From positions 1-26,567 of the IMG/VR virus record IMGVR_UViG_3300017780_005927: DNA of 26,567 bases; one strand, given 5' to 3'. Positions 9,032-18,155 of the stretch are shown here, in pieces. The number at the start of each line of letters is the position of its first letter. Positions within the stretch are counted from its first letter, which is position 1. The position numbers were made by a program, and so were the translations under genes. The notes beneath the pieces were generated by a model, which saw nothing but the letters and a program-made list of their open reading frames with translations, made no database searches and was not told the origin of the DNA. The DNA is from a virus (taxonomy: Duplodnaviria > Caudoviricetes).

Positions 9032-9422
9032 CGCGCTGCGATCATTGACATGTACTCCAATCAAGACGGAAAACCATTTCATTGATCAAAGAAAATGCGA
9101 GAACTGTGTTCCGTATGTAGTTCTAAAAGCAAGCGAAACTGCTGGTCTTCGAACGAGTTCCGGAATACAAACTATCTGGTCAATCGACATCAAGGCATAC
9201 TTCGATTCGTCGAAACCTCAGATGGCGAGAGACTACCGTGATCTGGTTAGAACATGGTTATACGGGAGTCGGTGTACTGACCTAGGTGTTTGTGGTTGCT
9301 TTTGTATTCAGGGGACACCGACGCTCTCAATCAAGGCGGCCGACAAGGAAGTGGTTTTCAGTTTGTTGTTCCGAGGTTCATACAATTTAGTGGCTTCCGA
9401 TTCAGTATCTGCATCGGTTTAA
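9000..9422 (+). CDS. putative tail terminator protein, Cys-rich
   Basis: 140 aa directly before the tail tube. PYVV and SIDIKAY strands typical of tail terminators. 9 Cys. Ends SDSVSASV. Confidence 0.6.
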   Translation: MSCCIETAILDALRSLTCTPIKTENHFIDQRKCENCVPYVVLKASETAGLRTSSGIQTIWSIDIKAYFDSSKPQMARDYRDLVRTWLYGSRCTDLGVCGCFCIQGTPTLSIKAADKEVVFSLLFRGSYNLVASDSVSASV

Positions 9423-9434
9423 TGGAGATTTAAA

Positions 9435-9935
9435 ATGCCCTTTACTGCCGGTGATGTTCTGTGCTGTGCTTCCAATGCTTGCGTTTTGCTAGACACGGCT
9501 GCTGGATCCGCGTCTGAAGACTGGGATTTGATTCCGCATGTGACGCTGATTGGATTCACTGAAACGGCGAACACCCCGAAACTAGTGACATCGTCCAGTG
9601 GTGGCGCTGAGTTGTCGTCATGCGGCACAGTGACTCGCAATGGAAACCTGGCGCTCGCGTGTCACAACGGAACAGGTCCGTATATGCTGTGTATCAACAG
9701 CATTCATAGAATCCGGTGGGCTCAAGATTGCGACGATATCTGGACATCGGGTGCAGTGGTTGCGAATCCCGTTGAAGGTGAGTACTTTGAGGCTGTCATT
9801 CGAATCACAACTGTTCCTGTGATTTTGGATATCGCCGGTAACCAAGCGATCATCGTCAATTATGCTTTTGATGTTCTGCGATGGGTTCATCATCCATCAG
9901 TTGACAGCCTGTGCCAGACGGAACAAAACACTTAA
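9435..9935 (+). CDS. tail tube (major tail) protein
   Basis: GGAG RBS. 166-aa beta-rich protein before the chaperone and tape measure genes. 8 Cys. Confidence 0.7.
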   Translation: MPFTAGDVLCCASNACVLLDTAAGSASEDWDLIPHVTLIGFTETANTPKLVTSSSGGAELSSCGTVTRNGNLALACHNGTGPYMLCINSIHRIRWAQDCDDIWTSGAVVANPVEGEYFEAVIRITTVPVILDIAGNQAIIVNYAFDVLRWVHHPSVDSLCQTEQNT

Positions 9936-9951
9936 TTTAATGGACCGATAA

Positions 9952-10422
9952 ATGATCACTGTGTCTATCGGCGGAAAAGACATTGTGGTGAAGCCAAAAT
10001 ACCTTCTGGACTACGTCCAGAAGGTGGACTTCATCAAGGCTCGAAGGGCTACTCCATATTCGTTGATTCAGGGGTTCCCCCCGAAGCTCGACGAGGAGAA
10101 CTACAAGATCCTCGTCTCGCTCGCGATGAAGACTGTGTATTCGCAGTCATCATCAGTATCGATCGAGGAAGAGATCTGCTTCGACAAGTCGGATGAAGGC
10201 TTTCTGTACGGTCTGTGGAAGTGCATTCCTGCAGCGTCGAAGAAAGTCCCAGAGACGTTTCAGGCCGGCTTCGCGCGTGTGAACGCGATCTGGGAGTCAG
10301 CGACTACTGAAGAGAAGGTTGAGTTGAAGGTTGCGTTGCACGCCACGGACGAAACGAACAACCTAAAAAACTCCGATGGCCCGAGCGGCGAGCAGAGCCC
10401 GCCGGGCACGCAGGAACAATGA
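9952..10422 (+). CDS. tail assembly chaperone (gpG-like)
   Basis: Between tube and tape measure. Carries slippery A AAA AAC near its end. Confidence 0.75.
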   Translation: MITVSIGGKDIVVKPKYLLDYVQKVDFIKARRATPYSLIQGFPPKLDEENYKILVSLAMKTVYSQSSSVSIEEEICFDKSDEGFLYGLWKCIPAASKKVPETFQAGFARVNAIWESATTEEKVELKVALHATDETNNLKNSDGPSGEQSPPGTQEQ

Positions 10423-10586
10423 AAATCGCACCCGAGCCAAAGGTTCCGGTGGATGAAGTGAGCGGAAATCGCTATAAGATGATGGCGATTGCGGTAACGA
10501 GGAACAGCGGAATGACGTTGTCCGACGCAATGAGCCTGACACTGGTAGAGGCATACCTCGCACTGGGAGCGAATTTCCGTGGCTGA
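10365..10586 (+). other. programmed -1 frameshift site and gpGT-like extension
   Basis: A AAA AAC at 10365-10371 in the correct phase. The -1 frame stays open (LRWPERR...GMTLSDAMSLTLVEAYLALGANFRG) to TGA 10584-10586. GC hairpin at ~10380-10406. Confidence 0.8.
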
Positions 10587-13515
10587 TGACGACTCACTGC
10601 TTGATGTATTCGTCAATGTGAAGCCCCGGTTCGACCAGGACTTCGACAAACTCATCGATGATGTGATGACGAAAGTCCGCGAGCGCTTCATCAACATGGC
10701 TCCCGTGGTCGTTCCTGTAAAAGCAGGTCAAGCAAGTGGTGGTGGTGGTGGCGGTGGCGGTGGCGGCGGCGGTGGCGGTGGTGGCGGCGGCGGTTCAAAC
10801 GCTGCGGATCTGCAAAAACAACTCAGGCTTGCAGTCAAAGCATTTGAAAGAGAGAAGGCGATTCTTTCGATCGATGTTCGCATTGCGAACGACACGGATC
10901 TGAAAAACAGATTGCAGGCATTGTCGTCTCAAGTTGTCTATGAACAAAGGAAGTTCGAGACGACAGACGACGACACAACAAAGACCAACGCAATCGTCAA
11001 AATCAACGAACTTAGATACCAAGAATTAAAAATCCTGAGAGACAGCACAGATGCCGCTAAGGAGCTAGCAGGACTGGACGCTCAGAGGGGTTCGAGTCAG
11101 GACAAAAGCTTTTTATTCCGGGAACAGAAGTCAAGTTCAGCAGCGGCCCTGCTCGGCATCAAAGGCGCAGGCAAGTCGATCTCTGCAGCAGGCGATGATG
11201 ACCTCAACGATCAGTTTAAGGTCTTGAACCAGCAGATTGACGTAGCAAAATTGAAGCTGTCTCAGGGACTTGGCGCTGACAACCTGATCGACGTGAATGC
11301 CGCAACCGCAGACATCAAAAGATTGTCAGCGGAGATTGATCTTCTACGAATCAAAGCAAACGCAGTAACAACTGAAAAAACCGGACGGCAAGCGACATTT
11401 GATCAGCTTAAAACAGAAGAGATACAGACAAAAGTCGAAGCTGACGTTGGGGCTTCGTTACGTCAGCAGGCAGTTCAAGGCATATCATCGCAAGACAGGC
11501 AATCGATTCTTAAAAGTGCTGGAGATATAAAAATACTGGAAGCAGCATTGCAGGCTGCTGATAAGGCATTTGATGGTAGTGAAGCAAAACTTCTGGCATA
11601 CATCGCAGCGTTGATCAGGCTGAACGGAGTCACAGACAGCACTAAAGACGCTTTAGCTAAACTCAAGTTACCACTTGATAATACGGGTCTTGGCGAACTC
11701 GGCGGATCTGCGACGGGCGGTGGCGCAAGAGGAGATCTAAAAGAAAAGCAGCAAGATCTTCAGAAGATAGGAAGCTCGTTCAACAACTTGAGCAACAACG
11801 CATATCAAGCTGGTCAGGCGATTGAAGACTTCGCTGTTGGGTTCAGCCTCAATGGGATTGCCGGTGGTATTCGTGGAGCGGCGAATAACGTCGCGTTCAT
11901 TCTGAACGACATGTCGCGTTTGCCACAGGTCACAGATTTAGCAGTAGCGGCTGTTCAAAAGATGAAGCCTAATCTGCCAGTAGAAGAGGCTAAAAAACTC
12001 GGTGCTAAGTATGCCTCGATGATCCCACTAGCGGCAGGTATCGGATCCGCTCTTGCGATCGTTGTTCTTCCTAGAATGGTTGAGTGGCTGGAAAGCCTTA
12101 ATGATGTTGAATTAAAAATTGTAGACATTTCCGATGAAATCAAAAGAAATTTTGAAACGACACAAATCAAGATCAAATTAAATGTTGATAATACTGGTTT
12201 AGAAAAGTCAATCAGGGACGCAACATCTGTCGCTTCTATTCTCGAAAACATACGAGACTTAAAAGATAAGCAGCAAGCGCGTGCGGATGAGGTTTCAGGC
12301 TTATTTGTAGGAGCAGGAGAGACAAGGGATATTCAAAGAGCAATTAGTGGTGCAACAACTTTGAATGAACTTGCGGGCAAACGTCTTAAAATCGATTCCG
12401 AAAGGTTGCGTAGTATAGACGCAATCAACAAAAGTTTTTTAGGAAGTGTTGGTTTAGATATATCACAAGGATTTGCTCCTGAAACATTACCGACGTTTTC
12501 ATTGGCTCCTTTATTTGATAGCACTCAACGGTTTACTGAACAGTCGGGAGCGACATTAAGAGAAACTACTCCACAATTACAAAAGGCAGTGACCGCCGTT
12601 TTAGATCTCGAAACATCATTAAAAGCAGTAAACAAAGAAGGCTTGAAAGGGATTGCAGATCCAGACAAACTAGGAAACGCTTTAGCTAAAATAAGGGAAG
12701 TTACTGAATCGATCAAAAAAGTTAATGAGTTAGGTCTTTTAGATTTAGAAGACGAAAAGAATACAGAGTCAATCCTTAAAAATATCGATGCATTAGTGCC
12801 TGGGTTAAAAAGAGCTAAGGAAATCGCCTTAGAAATGTCAAATGCAGTTAACGAACAGTTTGGAATTGCATTCGAGGGAGCGAAGTTGAAGGTAAAAGAA
12901 CTACAAAACCAACTGGATTTAAGTCGCCAAGTCGCAAGGGGAGCAAATACAGAATTTGACTTAAAGCTACTGAAGATTTCTGAGGAAATAACAAAAGGCA
13001 AGAGTCTGCTGGCTGAAGCGATTGATGCAGTAAATAAAGACCCAAACATCAAAGGGAAAGAAGAAGGAATAAAGATATTAGAGGAGGAGAATGCGATTAG
13101 AAATAGGCTTTATTTTGAAAGCATTCTTGCTGAAGAAAAAATACTAGAGCTCAAAAAAAAGCAGTCAAAATTTACTACCCTAGATTCGTACACGAAGGAT
13201 TTGCAACAGAATGCGCTTAGCTCGGCAGAAGACGCATTAAGAGAAAATATAAAAAGGACGGAAGAAGTGATGAGGAAGCAGTCTGCTGGACAAGACATTA
13301 CTCAGGCTATTTTATCTCCTCGTGGTAATTTCCTATCGATACAAGAACAGAAGCAACTCGGTAAGATTCCGTCCATGGAAGAACAAAAGCAACGCGAAGC
13401 ATCTGCCTTTATGGAAGCAATGCGAGTGACGCTGAATCCTCTGCAAAAAATCGTGGATTCACAGGACAGGACAACTGAGGCAGTCAAGAAAATTCCAGGG
13501 GCAGTAGCTAAATGA
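10579..13515 (+). CDS. tail tape measure protein
   Basis: 978 aa, Ala/Leu/Lys/Gln-rich helical, with central hydrophobic segments (AYQAGQAIEDFAVG..., PLAAGIGSALAIVVLP). Follows the frameshifted chaperone. Confidence 0.9.
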   Translation: MADDDSLLDVFVNVKPRFDQDFDKLIDDVMTKVRERFINMAPVVVPVKAGQASGGGGGGGGGGGGGGGGGGGSNAADLQKQLRLAVKAFEREKAILSIDVRIANDTDLKNRLQALSSQVVYEQRKFETTDDDTTKTNAIVKINELRYQELKILRDSTDAAKELAGLDAQRGSSQDKSFLFREQKSSSAAALLGIKGAGKSISAAGDDDLNDQFKVLNQQIDVAKLKLSQGLGADNLIDVNAATADIKRLSAEIDLLRIKANAVTTEKTGRQATFDQLKTEEIQTKVEADVGASLRQQAVQGISSQDRQSILKSAGDIKILEAALQAADKAFDGSEAKLLAYIAALIRLNGVTDSTKDALAKLKLPLDNTGLGELGGSATGGGARGDLKEKQQDLQKIGSSFNNLSNNAYQAGQAIEDFAVGFSLNGIAGGIRGAANNVAFILNDMSRLPQVTDLAVAAVQKMKPNLPVEEAKKLGAKYASMIPLAAGIGSALAIVVLPRMVEWLESLNDVELKIVDISDEIKRNFETTQIKIKLNVDNTGLEKSIRDATSVASILENIRDLKDKQQARADEVSGLFVGAGETRDIQRAISGATTLNELAGKRLKIDSERLRSIDAINKSFLGSVGLDISQGFAPETLPTFSLAPLFDSTQRFTEQSGATLRETTPQLQKAVTAVLDLETSLKAVNKEGLKGIADPDKLGNALAKIREVTESIKKVNELGLLDLEDEKNTESILKNIDALVPGLKRAKEIALEMSNAVNEQFGIAFEGAKLKVKELQNQLDLSRQVARGANTEFDLKLLKISEEITKGKSLLAEAIDAVNKDPNIKGKEEGIKILEEENAIRNRLYFESILAEEKILELKKKQSKFTTLDSYTKDLQQNALSSAEDALRENIKRTEEVMRKQSAGQDITQAILSPRGNFLSIQEQKQLGKIPSMEEQKQREASAFMEAMRVTLNPLQKIVDSQDRTTEAVKKIPGAVAK
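10738..10794 (+). repeat. GGT/GGC trinucleotide tract encoding 19 Gly
   Basis: 57 nt of mixed GGT/GGC codons near the tape measure N-terminus. Confidence 0.9.
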
Positions 13516-14618
13516 GCATTTACGACGACTACACATTTATCGTTGAAGCGGTGCATCCATCGGCACACCTAACATACCAGTCTAGGCATGCTTCGACGTC
13601 ACGTAAATTTAAGATCCCTTGTCAGAACGCAGAAGAGTTTGTGCTGCGTCAGTTAGGTAAGTTCTACGATCAGACTGACACAGAAACACCTCGTCTTCCT
13701 GCTCCATACCCGTTTACAGAAGGTGGAGCGACAGATTACGGACAAATAAGTTTAGTGGCGACAGGGTTTACAATTGAGCCTGTCAGCGGTGTGTGCTTAA
13801 ACACTTCGGGTGGAACGCCTGACAACAATATCGACACTCCGACCTCAATAGTTCAGCTTGAAAAGTATTGGTACGAAAACCCAGGTGTCAATGACCCTGC
13901 TGACGAGTGCTGTCAGTGCCTTGCAACCGTCACGTACGAAGAGAATCCGTGCGACTGCATGACGTTTGATGGAGAGACTGGTTTATGGACTGTACATGAA
14001 TTTATTCTTCCGAATACCTGCGCAAGCGTCGAGCGCAACCCGTCGTACGAGATGTTTACTCTACCGAACGGAAATCTAATTTGGGCTGATCTTCCGGAGA
14101 ATGAAAACAGGAAACTGAAGCAGGATAGCTTTGCCTACAAGGTAATTCCAAAGGCAGATATTATTGTCAGTTGGCACAATGTACCAGTCAACAAACTATG
14201 CCAGATTGAGTCGCACTTGCGTGAGTTTCGGGGATGCGTAAATAATGCGATATGGGGAGAACAGTTATTTTGCGATGATGTGAGCGAAGGATCTGGCGTC
14301 GGCGGCTGCAGTTATTATGAGCCAGAAACGATCATGTTTGTCGATTATCAAGAGGACGGACAGTTTCACACGGATGCGTTTGGAGGGATGCGACAGGACG
14401 GCCCTGTCAGTAACAGAAACACGACCACTCTAAAATTGATCTTCAAACAAAAAAGAATACCGAACGATTTAGACCCGGTTAATCCGTATGGATGGAATCA
14501 TCTGTTTATGGATCGCGAAACAGGAGTTGATTCATGGATGCGAGTTCAGGTAGAATCGACAGGTGAAGATTTATTTCAATTGGCATCATTCAACACAATC
14601 ATGTACCCAATGATTTAA
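13512..14618 (+). CDS. putative tail-tip/distal tail protein, Cys-rich
   Basis: 368 aa, ATGA overlap with the tape measure stop. Acidic, beta-rich, 12 Cys. Synteny only. Confidence 0.55.
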   Translation: MSIYDDYTFIVEAVHPSAHLTYQSRHASTSRKFKIPCQNAEEFVLRQLGKFYDQTDTETPRLPAPYPFTEGGATDYGQISLVATGFTIEPVSGVCLNTSGGTPDNNIDTPTSIVQLEKYWYENPGVNDPADECCQCLATVTYEENPCDCMTFDGETGLWTVHEFILPNTCASVERNPSYEMFTLPNGNLIWADLPENENRKLKQDSFAYKVIPKADIIVSWHNVPVNKLCQIESHLREFRGCVNNAIWGEQLFCDDVSEGSGVGGCSYYEPETIMFVDYQEDGQFHTDAFGGMRQDGPVSNRNTTTLKLIFKQKRIPNDLDPVNPYGWNHLFMDRETGVDSWMRVQVESTGEDLFQLASFNTIMYPMI

Positions 14619-14619
14619 T

Positions 14620-15714
14620 ATGGCACCACCGAAACGATGGACACCTAATGATCCAATAACAGCCGAGCAACTGAACCAAGCAGTGTTCGAGTCTGTTATT
14701 CCACGTCGTGAAGTGGTTCTTGGAAACGGTTTATCGCTGGTAAATGAGTCGCTGGGGAACCAGACGGCTAACATGCGGCGACAGATGACCAAGCTGGTAG
14801 TTGCAACAACAGACTTCTTGGTTTCTGCTACCACAACAGATCTGAACACAGGTGTCCTTGATGACGTGCCTTCTGGGTTAGTTAAAGAAGTAAGGCTTAA
14901 CAGAAAAACAGGGACACACGCAGAAGATAATTTATCTGGTGATTTCAGGGCTTGGGATCCAGTGTCTGGACTTTCGGCAGCATTTTGTGCTTTGCATTCT
15001 GCGTCAGATAACGCTGAAGTAGCAACCAAGTCTGCTTGTGACGTTTTTTATGTGATATACAACGAAGACTCGAAGCGGTGGGAGGTGCTTACGACCGGCG
15101 CATCGCAGAATCTAAGACATGCGATCGTATGTGACTGCGTTGGTGACGGATGGTATGTGATGGAGTTTGCGGATTGTCTACCATCAGCACCACCCGATTG
15201 TGACCCGTTGTGTGCGAGCACTAGTGCTTCAGCTTCAAACGACGATTACTCATGCAGTTCGTCAGCATCAAATAGCGGCGACCTATGCAGCCTATGTAAT
15301 CTTAGTGGTTTTGAATGTGAATGCGGTGGACCTGCGACATTCGACGCAGATCGAGATGCTGGACATGGGAATGGGACATTCGTGTATGCATACGACAAGC
15401 GAACAGTCCCATTGAAGATCGGCGGTGCAGCGACAATTGCTTGGCTTGGAGACTTATGTGATACCCCATGCGGGTCCGCGTCCGCGTCCGCGTCCGCGTC
15501 CGCTTCGGACTCAAACGTATCATCGAATTTATTGTACACTGTTTTGAATGGTGACTATGAATTAGTTACAATTCCACATGAGGTCTGGGAATGCTGTCCG
15601 ATCGAAGGAATCAAAAAGGTTGCGTGTTACACGTTTATCGTCGAAGGCGTAATGTGTATTGGGCCAACAGATCCGTGTGATAGTGCGAGTGCGAGTGCGA
15701 GTGCGAGTGTGTAG
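14620..15714 (+). CDS. putative tail-tip/receptor-binding protein with Cys-rich and Ser-Ala repeat segments
   Basis: N-terminal PNDPITAEQLNQ resembles tail-appendage attachment motifs. 19 Cys and several SAS tracts. Confidence 0.55.
   Translation: MAPPKRWTPNDPITAEQLNQAVFESVIPRREVVLGNGLSLVNESLGNQTANMRRQMTKLVVATTDFLVSATTTDLNTGVLDDVPSGLVKEVRLNRKTGTHAEDNLSGDFRAWDPVSGLSAAFCALHSASDNAEVATKSACDVFYVIYNEDSKRWEVLTTGASQNLRHAIVCDCVGDGWYVMEFADCLPSAPPDCDPLCASTSASASNDDYSCSSSASNSGDLCSLCNLSGFECECGGPATFDADRDAGHGNGTFVYAYDKRTVPLKIGGAATIAWLGDLCDTPCGSASASASASASDSNVSSNLLYTVLNGDYELVTIPHEVWECCPIEGIKKVACYTFIVEGVMCIGPTDPCDSASASASASV
15475..15504 (+). repeat. (TCCGCG)4 TCCGCT hexamer repeat encoding Ser-Ala
   Basis: Read directly from the sequence. 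Confidence 0.9.
15682..15711 (+). repeat. (AGTGCG)4 AGTGTG hexamer repeat encoding C-terminal SASASASASV
   Basis: Read directly from the sequence. Immediately precedes the TAG stop. Confidence 0.9.
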
Positions 15715-15716
15715 AA

Positions 15717-15923
15717 ATGAGCAGATCTCCTAGGAAGTCTTCAACAGGACCGAATATAGATGCCTACATAGACCGCAGAATGCATCTTCTTAAAAACACT
15801 CCACCCTGTCCTGTTTGCATAGTAAAGAGTAGAATCCGACTGGAAGAGTATCTGTTTGTTCGTCCTGCGACATGGCGATGTCTGGACTGCAATCATGGAT
15901 TTGGGTACGAGCCGAAGGAATGA
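15717..15923 (+). CDS. small zinc-finger protein
   Basis: CPVC...CLDC, 68 aa. Confidence 0.6.
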   Translation: MSRSPRKSSTGPNIDAYIDRRMHLLKNTPPCPVCIVKSRIRLEEYLFVRPATWRCLDCNHGFGYEPKE

Positions 15924-15927
15924 ATTG

Positions 15928-16656
15928 TTGACTCAATTCGTTTATTTTTATGTTCAGGCACCTGACAACGGCGAAGAGTTGCGGCTGTCGATTGCTTCAG
16001 TGCGCAAGAACTTCGTTGGAGAACCGTCGTTCATCGTGATCGGCGAGAAGCCTCCGTGGTACGACGGACAGCACATTCCACTAAAGCAATTCACCGGGAT
16101 TCGCGACAACCCTGCTCGCATGCCGTTTCGCGATACCCAGCACAAGATCATGCACGTTGCCAGCAGCGATCTCATTGAAGAAGAGTTCGTCTGGATCATG
16201 GACGACTGCTACATGCTGAAACCAACGACGATTAAAGAGATGCGAACTCCGAGATACGATCCTTGGTATAAAATAAACGTAAAGGCAACGTGGCATCAAA
16301 TCATCCGGATCACGTTCGCCGCGTTGGGCAAACAAGGTAAGTCGCAGCTTCAATACGGCACGCATCTTCCGCATGTGTTGACTAAAACAAATCTTCGATC
16401 CATGTTTGAAACGTACGGGTTCCCAGGGCAACTCTGTTTGTTTGAAATTCTGTATGGAAACACATTTCATAATCCAAAAGATGCAGTACCATACGGCGCG
16501 AATTGGCAGGGAGTTGAGTACCCGATGTTTCTCAAGAGGCTTTTGCGTCCTATGACTCGGCAGCAGTTGGATACGATCGATGCAAACTTTCTGAACTACC
16601 AAGCCAAGGTTTGGAACACAACTACGAAATTGTGGTTGCAGCAGAGGTTCGGATAA
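15928..16656 (+). CDS. Stealth-like / GT-A sugar(-phosphate) transferase
   Basis: FVYFYV, EELRLSIASV and FVWIMDD resemble Stealth CR1/CR2 motifs (VYTWV, ELRYSLRS, FNDD); also HLPH. Start is likely TTG 15925 or 15928 after AAGGA. Confidence 0.6.
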   Translation: MTQFVYFYVQAPDNGEELRLSIASVRKNFVGEPSFIVIGEKPPWYDGQHIPLKQFTGIRDNPARMPFRDTQHKIMHVASSDLIEEEFVWIMDDCYMLKPTTIKEMRTPRYDPWYKINVKATWHQIIRITFAALGKQGKSQLQYGTHLPHVLTKTNLRSMFETYGFPGQLCLFEILYGNTFHNPKDAVPYGANWQGVEYPMFLKRLLRPMTRQQLDTIDANFLNYQAKVWNTTTKLWLQQRFG

Positions 16657-18155
16657 TGCTTAACGTCTTCACATACTGGGAAAACGATCCGAATAAAAAA
16701 AAGATGAAGTATATCGACATTTGCCTAGACAGCATTAGGTTTCACTGTCTTGATGGGTGTCTGTTTCATCATGTGACATCGAAAAACATAAGCAAATACA
16801 TACCAGATGGTGTCTTGAATCCTGAATGGAAAAAAATCAAGCAACTCGGAGTAAAGTCTGACTGCGTCAGGGCAGCCTGTTTATTTCTGTACGGTGGTAT
16901 GTACATAGACGCAGACACAATGATGCTGAAGAGCCCGAAACATCTTGACACTGGAGCGGACTTCGGTGGTTCTGTCTGGACTGTTCCTCCAAGAAGGGTA
17001 ATTGCTGGGTATTGCTACTGCGCGAAAAGAAGCAGGGTTGCAAAGGCGTGGGTTAACAACATAAACGCGAATCTTGAAAAGGGAATTATTGGATGGTGTG
17101 AGCTTGGCGAGGGATGCCTAACTTCATCAATAGACGATTCCTGTGTGGTTGATGTGTGGCCAATCTCAACATTCCTTCCTGTTGAAATAGACACAAGCGT
17201 TCATAAATTATTTGAGGATGGCGATCCTGCGGAATGTATCGATGACTCAACAGTTGCGTTTGGGTTGAACAACTCTTGGATGACTCGCAGGAAAACGATG
17301 GAAATGATGATTGCTGGGGCGGATGCACTCAAACTAAAGGCGAGGAGAGCGTCATCGACAAAGCTGATTCATAGGGTAATGGAGTTTGGTGAATCTAAAA
17401 TAAACAGAATGAGCATTGGTGTCTGTGTTCCGACATTCAGGCGACCGGAACTTCTTGGGCACTTGATCGAGTGTTTTAGTCAGCAGGAGTATAAGAACGC
17501 AGAGTTGATTGCGTATGACGACTGTGGTGAAATAAACGAAGCGAGCGGAGACGGTTGGACTATCGTCAGTAGGAATGAGCGTCATGCATCTCTCGGCGAA
17601 AAGAGAAACGCAATAGCACGCATGATGCCAGAAAAAGATGTGTATGTATTCTGGGATGACGATGAGATACTTCTTCCTCATGCACTAACGGCGATTGAGC
17701 ATGCTTTGAGTCGTGCAGATTTTGCCCGCGCAAGTCAGGTTTACACGACACAAGGAAGGAACCTTGTCAGGACAAAGACTTACTACAGAAGAGACGCTGA
17801 AGACAAGGCATTCCAGTGCAGTTGGGGAATTACAAGATCTGCGTTTGAATGTGTTGGAGGGTATGACTCTGTCTCTCTTGGGGAAGACCTAGTTTTGGCA
17901 AAGAAACTGAGAGACGCTGGGATTTCAGAATCCGATCCCATTGAGCTAGGGTGGAAACCATTTCTTGTAGCAAGCCCATACAGCAACACACACTTCTCGT
18001 GGAACTGCAAGGATTACGAGGAGTGGAACAGAGTCACTGAAAAAGCTGCGGTTGATGTTATTGTGAGACCGCATGAATTTAAGTTTACACAGTTCGGGGA
18101 AACAGTCATCGACAGACCGTGGTCTGGGGACTGGTATGAGGATGAAGTGCGATGA
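16656..18155 (+). CDS. two-domain glycosyltransferase (GT32-like DXD domain + GT2 domain)
   Basis: N-domain VFTYW, SDCVR, YGGMYIDAD. C-domain VCVPTFRRPELL, FWDDDE, GGY..GED. ATG 16656 in a TAATG overlap. Confidence 0.85.
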   Translation: MLNVFTYWENDPNKKKMKYIDICLDSIRFHCLDGCLFHHVTSKNISKYIPDGVLNPEWKKIKQLGVKSDCVRAACLFLYGGMYIDADTMMLKSPKHLDTGADFGGSVWTVPPRRVIAGYCYCAKRSRVAKAWVNNINANLEKGIIGWCELGEGCLTSSIDDSCVVDVWPISTFLPVEIDTSVHKLFEDGDPAECIDDSTVAFGLNNSWMTRRKTMEMMIAGADALKLKARRASSTKLIHRVMEFGESKINRMSIGVCVPTFRRPELLGHLIECFSQQEYKNAELIAYDDCGEINEASGDGWTIVSRNERHASLGEKRNAIARMMPEKDVYVFWDDDEILLPHALTAIEHALSRADFARASQVYTTQGRNLVRTKTYYRRDAEDKAFQCSWGITRSAFECVGGYDSVSLGEDLVLAKKLRDAGISESDPIELGWKPFLVASPYSNTHFSWNCKDYEEWNRVTEKAAVDVIVRPHEFKFTQFGETVIDRPWSGDWYEDEVR

